Below are positions 17,681 through 27,752 of a DNA stretch of 64,000 nucleotides, one piece after another (position 1 is the stretch's first letter; every line of letters starts with the position of its first letter). The notes beneath the pieces were generated by a model. That model did not search any database. It worked only from the letters and a program-made list of their open reading frames with translations, and was not told the DNA's origin. Origin of the DNA: an uncultured Nostoc sp. (GTDB lineage: Bacteria; Cyanobacteriota; Cyanobacteriia; Cyanobacteriales; Nostocaceae); contig NZ_CAXTTT010000005.1 in the NCBI RefSeq assembly GCF_964247315.1, positions 20,373 through 84,372 on the forward strand, written 5' to 3'. The translations under genes were made by a program, and so were the position numbers.

Positions 17681-18391
17681 TTACGCTACCAGAGGATCTT
17701 CAAATTTATAGCCCACCCCAACAACAGTTTTAATAAAAGTAGGATTTGCTGGATCGGGTTCAATCTTTTTTCGTAACCGAGCTACATGAGTATCTACAAC
17801 TCGTTCATCGCCAAAAAAATTATCTCCCCAAAGTTTATCAATTAGTTGAGTGCGGTTCCAAACTCGACCAGGATTACTGACAAAGGTGGTTAGCAAGTTA
17901 AATTCTAGGGTAGTTAAGTCCAAAATTTCAACTTCTTGAGAATTCATTTGGCGACTGGCAGTGCGCTGGTCTACATCGACAATAAAGTGTTGGGTACGAT
18001 TGACTTGATGTTGTCCCCCTTGGCGGAGGCTACGCCGTAATAGTGCCCGCACCCTAGCTACCAACTCTCTGGGGCTAAAGGGTTTGACCATATAATCATC
18101 AGCACCAGTAGATAGACCGATGACACGATCGATTTCTTCACCCTTAGCCGTGAGCATTAAAATGTAAGGATCTTTTGCACCTGGTTTCTGGCGAATTCGG
18201 GCACAAACTTCCAACCCATCCAAACCAGGAATCATTAAATCTAGAATGATTAAATCCGGTGGTTGCTCTTGAAACATCCGCAAAGCATTCATGCCATCGC
18301 GGCTAGTGCGACAAAAAAATCCTTCTTTTTCTAAAGAGAGTTCGATTAAATGAGCTATTTCTGGTTCATCTTCAACTATTAAAATATCCAT
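17681..18391 (-). CDS. OmpR-family response regulator
   Basis: MDILIVEDE receiver domain plus winged-helix tail (TVVGVGYKF). The start is moved to the ATG at 18391; the longest ORF reaches 18475. Confidence 0.9.
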   Translation of the reverse strand: MDILIVEDEPEIAHLIELSLEKEGFFCRTSRDGMNALRMFQEQPPDLIILDLMIPGLDGLEVCARIRQKPGAKDPYILMLTAKGEEIDRVIGLSTGADDYMVKPFSPRELVARVRALLRRSLRQGGQHQVNRTQHFIVDVDQRTASRQMNSQEVEILDLTTLEFNLLTTFVSNPGRVWNRTQLIDKLWGDNFFGDERVVDTHVARLRKKIEPDPANPTFIKTVVGVGYKFEDPLVA

Positions 18392-18492
18392 CTGAAATAT
18401 AGGGTCGAGCAAAATGGTCAGAGCAAAGACACGGAGACACGGAGATGTCTTTAACCGCGTCCCTGTGTCTCCCACTCTTCGCCTCTTTTTAA

Positions 18493-19188
18493 TTAGAGGT
18501 TTGAATTTGACACTGTGCGATAACTATAGCCAAGATTAGAATCTTTTTGAATGTATGCTTTAATACTATCGAGGTCAATGAAGCAGTCAGCAACATCAAT
18601 CAAACTTTCACTAGTCGTTGTTTGCAGACTGACTACTTCCACTCGAACCCCCATTCTGCTGACAGCGTTTACAGCATAAGCTAAATCTCCATCGCCACTG
18701 ACTAAAACTGCTGTATCGTAGTAAGGAGCTAAAGTTATCATATCTACAGCAATTTCTACGTTCAGATTTGATTTTTTGAAATTCTCTGTTGGTACAACGA
18801 GTTCCTTTGCCACTACGCGATAGCCATTACGACGCATCCACAAGAGAAAACCCTGTTGCTTTTCATTACTGATATCAACCCCAGTATAGAAGAAAGCACG
18901 CAACAGTCTGGAACCGCTGGTTAAATGACAAAGCAATTTAACGTAGTCAATTTCTATGCCGAGTTGTAAAGCTGTATGGAACAGGCTTAAGCCATCAATA
19001 AAAATAGCAACTCGACCGCGATTTAAGTTATTCAAAATCGAACTATCAGGTGCAGGATCTCGCATCTTGGTATCTTTACCTTTGACAGCAGTATCGCTCA
19101 AATTTTGCCCTTGCCAATGTGGTTTAGCTTTGAGTACTTTAGATTCCTTAAATTCATTTCTTTGTTTGCTAAAATTAGTTATAATCAT
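18493..19188 (-). CDS. NYN-domain (LabA/DUF88-like) protein
   Basis: VAIFIDGLSLF and VLVSGDGDLAYAV motifs. An alternative start lies at 19065. Confidence 0.7.
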   Translation of the reverse strand: MIITNFSKQRNEFKESKVLKAKPHWQGQNLSDTAVKGKDTKMRDPAPDSSILNNLNRGRVAIFIDGLSLFHTALQLGIEIDYVKLLCHLTSGSRLLRAFFYTGVDISNEKQQGFLLWMRRNGYRVVAKELVVPTENFKKSNLNVEIAVDMITLAPYYDTAVLVSGDGDLAYAVNAVSRMGVRVEVVSLQTTTSESLIDVADCFIDLDSIKAYIQKDSNLGYSYRTVSNSNL

Positions 19189-19516
19189 TGATACCTCTGA
19201 ATTTTAAAGCTGAAAAGAGTTTTGAGTAAATTGTCTATAGTATAGTCTGTACTGATTTATAACCTAGCAGGTAATGGTCTTAAGTCACTATATGCAGATA
19301 AGCTTAACTGGTGCTAAACAAGATTCAAAATAGATAGACCAAGGTTTTCAGTGTTGTTAGGGTTAATTTAAGAAGATATTGCTTCTGCCCACAGATATGT
19401 TAATCTTTACCCACCGAGACAGCAAGAGTTTCGAGAAAATAAATCTTTTTGTAAGGGTAGGGACTGTTTTTTAGGTCTGTATTGCACTCAACCCAGAAGT
19501 GCTATATTTATAGTTC

Positions 19517-19872
19517 GGGCAAGCATGAATTATAAGAACTGTAATCGGGGCAACCCAACATAGGCAAGTTCCGCACAAGAATACCACGGCTTTTAGGGAG
19601 AATGAGCGTAGCAATATTTACGCAGCCGTGGGAATGTCAAGGAGTTAGAAGCAGTAGTACCGCAAGCCGAAATTCCAAATTTAAAATTCAAAACGAATGC
19701 AGTATAACCGTTTCGTTGATTTGGAATAGGTGGTTTATTTACGCCGTGCTGTACTACTAATGTAATAGTGCGATTCGATGTCGCACCTCAAAAGGTAAGT
19801 TGCCTTAATTTATGTAAGAGCCAAATGAGAAGGACAGGGAGGTTTGTTGATCTCTAGCCTCCCTGTTTTTTT
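19517..19872 (+). ncRNA. candidate ~350-nt structured non-coding RNA (family not recognised)
   Basis: No ORF. Promoter-like TTGCAC-N17-TATTTA at 19482-19510. Nested hairpins: CCACGGC...GCCGTGG, ATTCCAAAT...ATTTGGAAT, and long-range AGTAGTAC/GTACTACT. Ends in a strong intrinsic terminator. Confidence 0.35.
19834..19872 (+). terminator. Rho-independent terminator (ACAGGGAGG-N15-CCTCCCTGT plus T7)
   Basis: 9-bp GC-rich stem followed by TTTTTTT on the plus strand. The T-run overlaps the cysK stop codon. Confidence 0.7.
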
Positions 19873-20830
19873 AACGCACGCCAGCGGTTTCTAAAGACAA
19901 ATCTTGAAACATGGGTGTGCTGAGATAACGTTCGCCAAAGGAAGGCTGAATCATCACAATTAAACGTCCGGCATTTTCTGGACGTTTACCTATTTGAATT
20001 GCAGCACACAAAGCTGCACCAGAGGATATGCCAGACAATAAGCCTTCTTCTTTTGCCAAACGTCGCCCATAGGCGATCGCTTGTTCATCGCTGACTCTAA
20101 TTACTTCATCAACCAATTCTAGGCGGAGGACATCTGGGATAAATCCAGCCCCAATACCTTGAATTTTATGTGGCCCAGCTTCACCGCCAGAAAGAACTGG
20201 GCTGTTGCTGGGTTCAATTGCGATCGCCTTAAAAGTTGGCTTGCGCTGTTTGAGTACTTCGGCAATCCCAGTAATCGTTCCACCAGTACCTACCCCAGCA
20301 ATGACGATATCTACTTCCCCGTCTGTATCTGCCCAAATTTCTTCAGCAGTGGTTTCTTGGTGAACTTTGGGATTGGCAGGGTTGCGGAACTGTTGCAGCA
20401 TGAAAGCATTGGGAGTATTAGCCACAATTTCTTCGGCTTTGCGAATTGCTCCTCGCATACCCTCAGTTCCTGGTGTCAATTCTAAAGCTGCACCATAAGC
20501 TCTAAGCATAGCCCGTCGTTCTTGGCTCATAGTCTCTGGCATCGTCAAAATCAAACGGTAGCCACGTGCTGCTGCTACCATCGCTAGAGCAATTCCTGTA
20601 TTACCTGAAGTAGGTTCAACTAAAATGGTCTTTCCTGGGAAAATTGAGCCAGCCGCTTCTGCCGAGAGTACCATACTTAACCCAATGCGGTCTTTCACCG
20701 AAGCCGCTGGGTTCATCCCTTCTAATTTAACAACTATCCTTGCTACTACTCCCTCAGCTTGAGGAATCTTGTTCAGTTGAACTAAAGGAGTTCGTCCAAT
20801 CAGTTCTGTTACGTCTTGAGCAATCCGCAT
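19871..20830 (-). CDS. cysK: cysteine synthase A (O-acetylserine sulfhydrylase)
   Basis: PLP-lysine motif [17 protein letters not shown] and GTGGTITG. Confidence 0.95.
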   Translation of the reverse strand: MRIAQDVTELIGRTPLVQLNKIPQAEGVVARIVVKLEGMNPAASVKDRIGLSMVLSAEAAGSIFPGKTILVEPTSGNTGIALAMVAAARGYRLILTMPETMSQERRAMLRAYGAALELTPGTEGMRGAIRKAEEIVANTPNAFMLQQFRNPANPKVHQETTAEEIWADTDGEVDIVIAGVGTGGTITGIAEVLKQRKPTFKAIAIEPSNSPVLSGGEAGPHKIQGIGAGFIPDVLRLELVDEVIRVSDEQAIAYGRRLAKEEGLLSGISSGAALCAAIQIGKRPENAGRLIVMIQPSFGERYLSTPMFQDLSLETAGVR

Positions 20831-21850
20831 TAGATATCTCCGAAAATCCTAAATTTTAGTACAGAGTATTTACTTCTAACAATAAGCTTTGATGTATTTA
20901 TTTTGCCGTTTCATGCCAATGAGCGCATATAGTATGTATTCTAACTAAACCACACAATATGAAAGCTTAGGAAGAACTTTTATTAGATATTCCCATTGAT
21001 TCTCGCTTGAGAAGAGGCTAGCTTATCATTCTTATATTTTACCATTTGGAATTGTTAACTATTGTCTCTTGGGCTAAGATTCAATTTTTGTAATTCTGTA
21101 TATATAAATATTTTTTCTTTATTTTCTACTTGTTAGGAAAATATAATAATTGATTTTTAAAATATTTAATTGTTTTTCCTGATTTATTAGTCTATCTTTA
21201 TCAAGAGACATTAATATTTTCTTTTGAGTACAGATTTTGTCAGTCCAAAATTACATCAAAAATAGTCTTTAACCATTGCCTACATTGCTTTAAAGTTGAG
21301 TGCAAAAACACCAGAACCCTACCTCGTAAATACTAGAACCCCGTCCGAAAAACACTAGCACCCATACCCCAATGAATTTTTAAAATACTTATTAGGTGAG
21401 GCTTATAGACTTTGAGTACTATTCTAATGAATTTAATAATCTTAACAGGGCCGGGGTAAACTGTTTTGTGGAGAGCGGCTGATATAAATCGTATAGGATT
21501 TACGCAGAGATTCCCCTCTACCCCCCAACATTCCTGAGCGCAAGCTTAGTGAACTAGGGGGGACTTCTTAATCTCTCTTTTGAGAGTAAGATGAAACCAG
21601 ATGACCGAATCTAAGTGCGTTACTTCTGAGTGAATAATCCTATGTTTTGTGAAAAGGTTGGTAACTTTTTATTAGTCAGAGATCAGTGGTGATGAGAAAA
21701 ATAACTGAAAACTAACGATTGTGAAAATTACCAATTACACATATTTTAATATCAAAACTGTTTGATAGGTAGAAATATACAACTACTTTAGAGAAACAGC
21801 AAAAGATATTTTCTTACTGGGTGCATACTACCTAGCGAGGGAGAGCCAAG

Positions 21851-22273
21851 ATGAAAGCCAAACTTTTAAGTTTTCTCACAGTTTGCGTCATTACTTTAGC
21901 AGTGCTTTCACCAGAACTAGTAGTATTTGGCATCGTTTGGGAGCGACATCTGGAGTTAGTAAAATCTCAGAATTTAGCTTGCGAAGTTAACAACACAACT
22001 ACAGATGCTCCCACCTTGGCTCCCTACACAGAGGGTACACATTCCCCTCAAACTAACATTCAATCCTCCGATCGTAATGTGGTTCATCAAATGTTGACTG
22101 TTGCTGAACAATATAAATTTGCCACTATCCTACAATGGTTCTTCCTGTTAACCCCCATTTGTGTTGGGTTAGGAATTCTTTTTTACGACAGATATCTTGT
22201 TCATCGTGCTGCTGTCTTAAAAGAACAAGTTGAAATGTTGGAAAGACTGTGGCACCAAAGTATCGAACAGTAA
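21851..22273 (+). CDS. hypothetical membrane protein
   Basis: 140-aa ORF with N-terminal and central hydrophobic segments. Confidence 0.45.
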   Translation: MKAKLLSFLTVCVITLAVLSPELVVFGIVWERHLELVKSQNLACEVNNTTTDAPTLAPYTEGTHSPQTNIQSSDRNVVHQMLTVAEQYKFATILQWFFLLTPICVGLGILFYDRYLVHRAAVLKEQVEMLERLWHQSIEQ

Positions 22274-22312
22274 CTTATTCACAATTTACTCACTCAAATC
22301 AACAAAATTACC

Positions 22313-22594
22313 ATGACAGAACAACGCGAACAGCTGTATTTTAATCTGATTGATGAATTACTTAAATGCCCTAATGGTCAGGAACCAGAAATTTTAGAAT
22401 CTAAGCCCGAATTGATTGATTCTGGTTTAGTACAAACAATGTTACAAGTAGCAACTATGTTTGCCCATGAAGGCAATCAAGATGGTGCCCAATTTTTATT
22501 TTTTGTGGCGCGTGAGCTAGCTAAAGAATTAGGTTTATACCCGGAAGTTCCCAATACTGAAGTTGTAAATCCTGAAGTTGCAAATAAGGAGTAA
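22313..22594 (+). CDS. hypothetical protein resembling the N-terminal module of cyanobacterial TPR/CHAT proteins
   Basis: LIDELLKCPNGQEPEIL...GLVQTMLQVATMFAHEGNQDGAQFL pattern, recalled from many Nostoc proteins. Confidence 0.45.
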   Translation: MTEQREQLYFNLIDELLKCPNGQEPEILESKPELIDSGLVQTMLQVATMFAHEGNQDGAQFLFFVARELAKELGLYPEVPNTEVVNPEVANKE

Positions 22595-22596
22595 AA

Positions 22597-22908
22597 ATGT
22601 TGTTGACTTCAACGGATGCGGGACAAATAGCTTTAGAACTGCTCATGGCAGACTGGAATATTTCAGAAGAGAACAGAGACTGGTTTACAATCTTTAACTC
22701 TCGTCTGATTGGGGAGAGTTGGTACACTGTGGAACTAGGTATAGAAGGATTTCCTGATAGGTGGTTTATTCAAGTATATGACAATGGAGTGTGCGATCCA
22801 AACTATACATTTATTTCACCAATCCTTGGTTCTGAAGGATTTACAGACTTTGTAAATGTGCCGGATATCATCGCAGAGGTCTTAGTTTGCGAACGCAATG
22901 CTCGGTAA
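22597..22908 (+). CDS. hypothetical protein
   Basis: 103-aa ORF. It starts 3 bp after the previous stop, so it is likely co-translated. Confidence 0.45.
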   Translation: MLLTSTDAGQIALELLMADWNISEENRDWFTIFNSRLIGESWYTVELGIEGFPDRWFIQVYDNGVCDPNYTFISPILGSEGFTDFVNVPDIIAEVLVCERNAR

Positions 22909-23248
22909 TAATAATTGAAAATTCAAAAGTTAGAATTCAACAATAGTTCGTAATTCGTAATTAAATTAAGACTTAGAGTCAGCGACCTTCTAAAAGTCGT
23001 AATATTTATTATGGATAGGGTTTCAATCCGAATCTATATATAATATAATTAAGTTGGCTATTTTGCGAATGTCATTACGAATCACGAATTAGAGATTACG
23101 AATTTTTAATATAAAGGTGCTTTACACAAATCTGAGGTGATATCGAATGAGGTACACCTCTTTTTTTATGTAATATTTAATATTTTATTCCAGCTTGCCA
23201 TACTATTTTGTCATGTTTAACTGATAAAATTATGCTATATTAAATAGC

Positions 23249-23614
23249 GTGATGGACGCTACAGAAATATCAGTTCTAATGATTGCTGAAGATATCTTAG
23301 CCAAAGAATTCACAAGAGTCGTCAACCATTACTACCCGCAAGTTGGAGAATTGCTGGATGGGTGTTATGTGAAAGTCATCACCTGTTTTTGGGGACGACC
23401 TGCCAGACGTTTGCAATATATAGGAATTTATTGCTCTGACGAAATGATTTCCTGCGTGCAAGCTCAAAAAGAAATACTCAGAGAAGTAGCAGACAATATG
23501 GGTCTAATCCAGGTTGTTTGCATGAATGCCAAGCGATTGTTGCGCGATCCGATGTCGAAGGTCAAAGAGAACAACCCACGCCTATGGTTGGAGTTGCAGT
23601 GGGTTGCAACTTAG
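23249..23614 (+). CDS. hypothetical protein
   Basis: 121-aa ORF. No motifs recognised. Confidence 0.4.
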   Translation: MMDATEISVLMIAEDILAKEFTRVVNHYYPQVGELLDGCYVKVITCFWGRPARRLQYIGIYCSDEMISCVQAQKEILREVADNMGLIQVVCMNAKRLLRDPMSKVKENNPRLWLELQWVAT

Positions 23615-23762
23615 TGATTCATCGCATTAATTGAGAGGGGTAAATGCTTTTGTAGAGAGGACTTTATTCCTCAAATATTTAAGCACTAAAGTGCTTACTA
23701 CAAACCTATCGACCACTAGAAGAATCAGCACCTACGGTGAATATAAAGTATCAACGCAAGTA

Positions 23763-24770
23763 ATGAAAACTGGAATTTTCTGCAATTACGATAATTTTCA
23801 CCAAGATGCTCGTCGTGCCATCTTTGAGCAAGTTGCACTGGTAAAACAGGCAGAAAGCTTAGGTTTTGAGGAAGCGTGGGTAAGCGAACACCATTTTAGT
23901 GAATCTAATCTCAGCCCGTCTATGTTGATGTTAATGGCACATTTGGCGGGATTGACCTCAACTATCCAATTAGGCACTGCGGCGGTGTTGCTGCCATTCC
24001 ATAACCCTATTAGGGTAGCGGAAGATATTGCCACTTTGGATAACCTGTGCAATGGACGATTATTATTTGGAGTTGCCAAAGGCGGCCCCTTTCCTCAACA
24101 AAACAAGCATTTTGCGACACTCCCAAGTGAATCCCGTCCCAAGATGCTAGAGGCGATCGCATTGATTCAAAAGCTGTTATATGAAACTGATGTATCATTT
24201 AATGGGCAATATTATCAATGCGATCGCTTGACAATTTACCCGAAACCATTGCAAAGTCAAATCCCAGTCTATGTTGCCACTGGTGGTGATGACGGTATCG
24301 AGTTGGCTGCTAAACATTCCTTCAGCTTGATGGGTGGGCCGCCATTTTCCCTAGAAAGATTGAAGAATACTGTTACCAAATATCGAGCCTTAAATTCTAG
24401 TGGTGCGGAAAAATTTGTGCTGGCACGCTTCTTTTTTGTTGGCAAAACATTTGACGAGGCGGTGAGTGAAGCGTTACCTTTTGTTCGCCAATTTAGCCAG
24501 AAAATGAAAGCTAATTCGGCTCAACTATTGCAGAATAATCCGAATCCCAACCAAAAACCATTTGATCGCACAAATATTTGTTTCGATGAAGACTATTTGA
24601 TTGAGAACTCAATTATTGGTGATGTGGAGACTTGTCGAGACAAAATCAAGAAATTTCAGGACGAATTAGATTTAGGTACGCTAGCACTCAAACCCTCGTC
24701 TGCGGATATGCAAAAAAACTTAGAGAGTTTGACGCGCTACAACCAAGAGGTGCGAAATTATGTCTTCTAA
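23763..24770 (+). CDS. LLM-class (luciferase-like) flavin-dependent oxidoreductase
   Basis: MKTGIF...GFEEAWVSEHHF...LGTAVLLPFHNPIRVAEDIATLD, typical luciferase-like monooxygenase. The start is moved from 23631 to the ATG at 23763. Confidence 0.8.
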   Translation: MKTGIFCNYDNFHQDARRAIFEQVALVKQAESLGFEEAWVSEHHFSESNLSPSMLMLMAHLAGLTSTIQLGTAAVLLPFHNPIRVAEDIATLDNLCNGRLLFGVAKGGPFPQQNKHFATLPSESRPKMLEAIALIQKLLYETDVSFNGQYYQCDRLTIYPKPLQSQIPVYVATGGDDGIELAAKHSFSLMGGPPFSLERLKNTVTKYRALNSSGAEKFVLARFFFVGKTFDEAVSEALPFVRQFSQKMKANSAQLLQNNPNPNQKPFDRTNICFDEDYLIENSIIGDVETCRDKIKKFQDELDLGTLALKPSSADMQKNLESLTRYNQEVRNYVF

Positions 24771-25134
24771 ACTATACTTGCTTCCTCCCGATGATTTACC
24801 TCCCGCTGAGGTAACAAAACAGGATGGAATGCTGCAAATGGAGTTAGAACAGTCTGCTGGCAGATGCTTTTATCTAGCCTGCGATCGCATTACGCGAGTA
24901 CTGTTATCTAATTGTCAATGGTATCTTACAACAAATGCTAACATCCTCACACTAATTATTGACTGCCCTGACTTAGTATCTTACTGGCATATCGTCAGCA
25001 ATATTCCCCAATTGGGTAACAGGTTAGAGCGGTTTGCTACCAATGGCAAAATTCGCGTTTATCCGCCATTTGGCAAAGGGATGCCGTTTGAAATCAGCGT
25101 AAATGAAATATCTGCTTATCGAGATTGGCTTTGA
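24760..25134 (+). CDS. conserved hypothetical 124-aa protein, paralog of 44602-44976
   Basis: About 45% identity by eye to the other copy (shared motifs FY.ACDR, LLSNC.WY.TT.AN.LTL.I.CPD, KIRV.PP, PFE, YRDW). Overlaps the LLM gene by 11 nt. Confidence 0.6.
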   Translation: MSSKLYLLPPDDLPPAEVTKQDGMLQMELEQSAGRCFYLACDRITRVLLSNCQWYLTTNANILTLIIDCPDLVSYWHIVSNIPQLGNRLERFATNGKIRVYPPFGKGMPFEISVNEISAYRDWL

Positions 25135-25183
25135 GGTAAATATAAACTGGGAATCATCCTTATAGCTGTCTTTCACCCTGTAC

Positions 25184-25221
25184 TTTTAGAGTGCAGGGTG
25201 TTGCAATTTTTATCAAAATCA
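25184..25221 (+). terminator. putative intrinsic terminator
   Basis: CACCCTG-N13-CAGGGTG followed by a T-rich tract. Confidence 0.4.
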
Positions 25222-25410
25222 TCTTCTAGTTTTCATTAACCTGTAGAGGGATTGATGATAGCTTTTATTTGAAACGCAAAGGTACGCAAAGGAAAACGCA
25301 AAGGAGCGCAGAGTTTTTACTATAAGGTGGGAGTGTTTTTTTGTTAAAAGGAGGTAAAGTTATATAAGAGTGGACTGGTTGATATTCTGTTTAATTAGGT
25401 TTTTAAAAAA

Positions 25411-26235
25411 TTATTTTATCACCTTTTCAGTTGCCCATTTATACCAATTATCTAACCCTACACCAGTAGTTGCAGAAACCTGAAAAATCTGAATTTGGGG
25501 ATTTACTTCAATAGCATAAGCTATACACTTTTGCACATCAAAATTTACATAAGCTAGCAAATCAATTTTCGTGAGAATCATTACATCACTAGCACGGAAT
25601 ATATGCGGATATTTTATCGGCTTATCTTCTCCTTCCGTAACAGAGAGAATTACAACTTTTGCATTTTCTCCTAAATCAAATAAGGCTGGACAAACCAAAT
25701 TCCCCACATTTTCAATCATCACAACTGAGTTGAGTGGCGGATTCAGTTGTTGTAAACCCCTGTCTATCATGGATGCATCTAAATGACAGCCTGTTCCAGT
25801 GTTAATTTGGATGACTTTAGAGCCTGTTTCTTGAATTTTTTTGGCATCGTTAGCAGTTTCTTGGTCGCCTTCAATGACACTAATAGATAATTGATGCTTT
25901 AAATCATTAATGGTTCGCGTTAAAAGAGTTGTTTTCCCTGCACCAGGAGAACTCATTAAATTTAAGGCGAGAATATTTCGACCTTTAAACCATCCCCGAT
26001 TTTGGGCAGCTAGCAGGTTATTTTTTGCCAATATATCTTGTTCTAAAGATATTGTTGTGTTATGTATTTTGGCATGAATTTGAGATGCTTCTATATGAGT
26101 GTTATGACTGTGGGAGTGAGTGATGACAGTACCATCTGGTAAAGTGTGAGTATGATGGTGATGTTCCGCTTCACCTGTTTGCAGATTGGTAATTTTAGTT
26201 TCGCCATCATCAGTACAACCGCAGGTTACACACAT
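25411..26235 (-). CDS. hypB: hydrogenase nickel incorporation GTPase HypB
   Basis: N-terminal CVTCGC, a His-rich stretch and P-loop SSPGAGKTTLL. Confidence 0.95.
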   Translation of the reverse strand: MCVTCGCTDDGETKITNLQTGEAEHHHHTHTLPDGTVITHSHSHNTHIEASQIHAKIHNTTISLEQDILAKNNLLAAQNRGWFKGRNILALNLMSSPGAGKTTLLTRTINDLKHQLSISVIEGDQETANDAKKIQETGSKVIQINTGTGCHLDASMIDRGLQQLNPPLNSVVMIENVGNLVCPALFDLGENAKVVILSVTEGEDKPIKYPHIFRASDVMILTKIDLLAYVNFDVQKCIAYAIEVNPQIQIFQVSATTGVGLDNWYKWATEKVIK

Positions 26236-26567
26236 AATTCCTCTACTTCTATTTCTTTAATTTTAAGTTCTTCACCACTAATTAAATCTAATTGCGCGCT
26301 TCCGCAGTTACAGATACCAAATGGTTTATCTAAATAAATTTCTGCACCGCATTGGCGACATCGCCCTAACCCAGGAATTTCCAAAATTTCTAATGTCGCC
26401 CCTGCTAAAACTGTGCCTTGAGTGCAAATATCAAAACAAAATCGGATAGCGTCGGGCATAATGGCTGAAAGTTTACCAATTTCTAATAAAACTCGTTGCA
26501 CTTTTGCGCCTTTGGCGTGTTCAGTCACGATTGCCACAATATTTTGAGTAATTCCAAGTTCGTGCAT
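26226..26567 (-). CDS. hypA: hydrogenase nickel insertion protein HypA
   Basis: MHELGITQNIV N-terminus and CxxC...CxC zinc motif. The start is set at the ATG at 26567. Confidence 0.9.
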   Translation of the reverse strand: MHELGITQNIVAIVTEHAKGAKVQRVLLEIGKLSAIMPDAIRFCFDICTQGTVLAGATLEILEIPGLGRCRQCGAEIYLDKPFGICNCGSAQLDLISGEELKIKEIEVEELCV

Positions 26568-26587
26568 CCTATAAAATCTATTAAAGA

Positions 26588-27691
26588 TTAACAAATTCGT
26601 GGCAATTGGTCGCCTACTAACATATCAACAATCCTTTCAGCACCAAAAGCTGTTTTTAATAAAACGATACCTGGGGGTGAGGTAATAACTTCGCCAATAA
26701 TACAAGCATCTTTACCTGCTGGGTGGGATTTCATAGCTGATAAAACATTATCAGCATTCTTTTTTGGAACCACCACAACTAACTTACCTTCATTAGCTAA
26801 ATACAATGGGTCTAAACCAAGAATTTCGCAAACTCCATTGACTTCTTCACGCACTGGGATAGATTCTTCAAAAAGATAAATTCCCACATCGGAACTGAGG
26901 GCAAATTCATTTAAGACTGTAGCTAAACCACCGCGTGTAGCATCTCGCATAGCATGAATTTGGGGACATGTATGGAGAATAGTTTCTACTAAACTATGCA
27001 ATGGCTGACAATCACTTTCAATATTAGTCTCTAAGGCTAATTCGCCACGGGAAATTAAAATTGCTGTCCCATGATTGCCTATTTCACCATTAATTATTAT
27101 TGTATCTCCAGGTTTAATGTTATGAGCAGAAATGTTAACTCCTCGCGGGATGATACCAATCCCAGCAGTATTAATAAAGAGTTTATCGGCAGCACCACGA
27201 TGTACAACTTTTGTGTCACCAGTGACAATTTGAACACCAGCATTTTTTGCAGCTGCGTTCATACTGGCTGCGACACGGCGTAAGGTTTCTACAGGTAATC
27301 CTTCTTCTAAAATTACGCTACAAGTTAAATATAAAGGTTTAGCGCCGCTGACAGCTAAATCATTAACTGTGCCGTTTATAGCTAATTCTCCTATATCACT
27401 ACCGGGAAAAAATAATGGGTCTACTACATAAGAATCTGTAGTAAATGCAAGTCTGTCTCCTTGTTGCATGAGACTGGCTAAGTTAAAGCTGGCTTGGTCT
27501 TCTAGTTGCGAGAGAATTGGGTTATCAAAATTGCTGACAAAGATATCATCTATTAAATCACGCATGGCTTTACCACCGCTACCATGTGCGAGAGTTATAT
27601 GAGTGTCTTGCACTTTATTTTGGCGACGGCGGGCTTGTTCTATTTTTTGGAATAGGGGATTTTGTATTGAGTTTGTGGGGAAAATATTCAT
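26588..27691 (-). CDS. hypE: hydrogenase maturation protein HypE
   Basis: AIR-synthase-like fold motifs and C-terminal PRIC. Confidence 0.95.
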   Translation of the reverse strand: MNIFPTNSIQNPLFQKIEQARRRQNKVQDTHITLAHGSGGKAMRDLIDDIFVSNFDNPILSQLEDQASFNLASLMQQGDRLAFTTDSYVVDPLFFPGSDIGELAINGTVNDLAVSGAKPLYLTCSVILEEGLPVETLRRVAASMNAAAKNAGVQIVTGDTKVVHRGAADKLFINTAGIGIIPRGVNISAHNIKPGDTIIINGEIGNHGTAILISRGELALETNIESDCQPLHSLVETILHTCPQIHAMRDATRGGLATVLNEFALSSDVGIYLFEESIPVREEVNGVCEILGLDPLYLANEGKLVVVVPKKNADNVLSAMKSHPAGKDACIIGEVITSPPGIVLLKTAFGAERIVDMLVGDQLPRIC

Positions 27692-27752
27692 ATTAAAATT
27701 TTTTTAAACGCAAAGGGACGCAAAGGGAAGCGCAGAGGTACGCAAAGTATTA

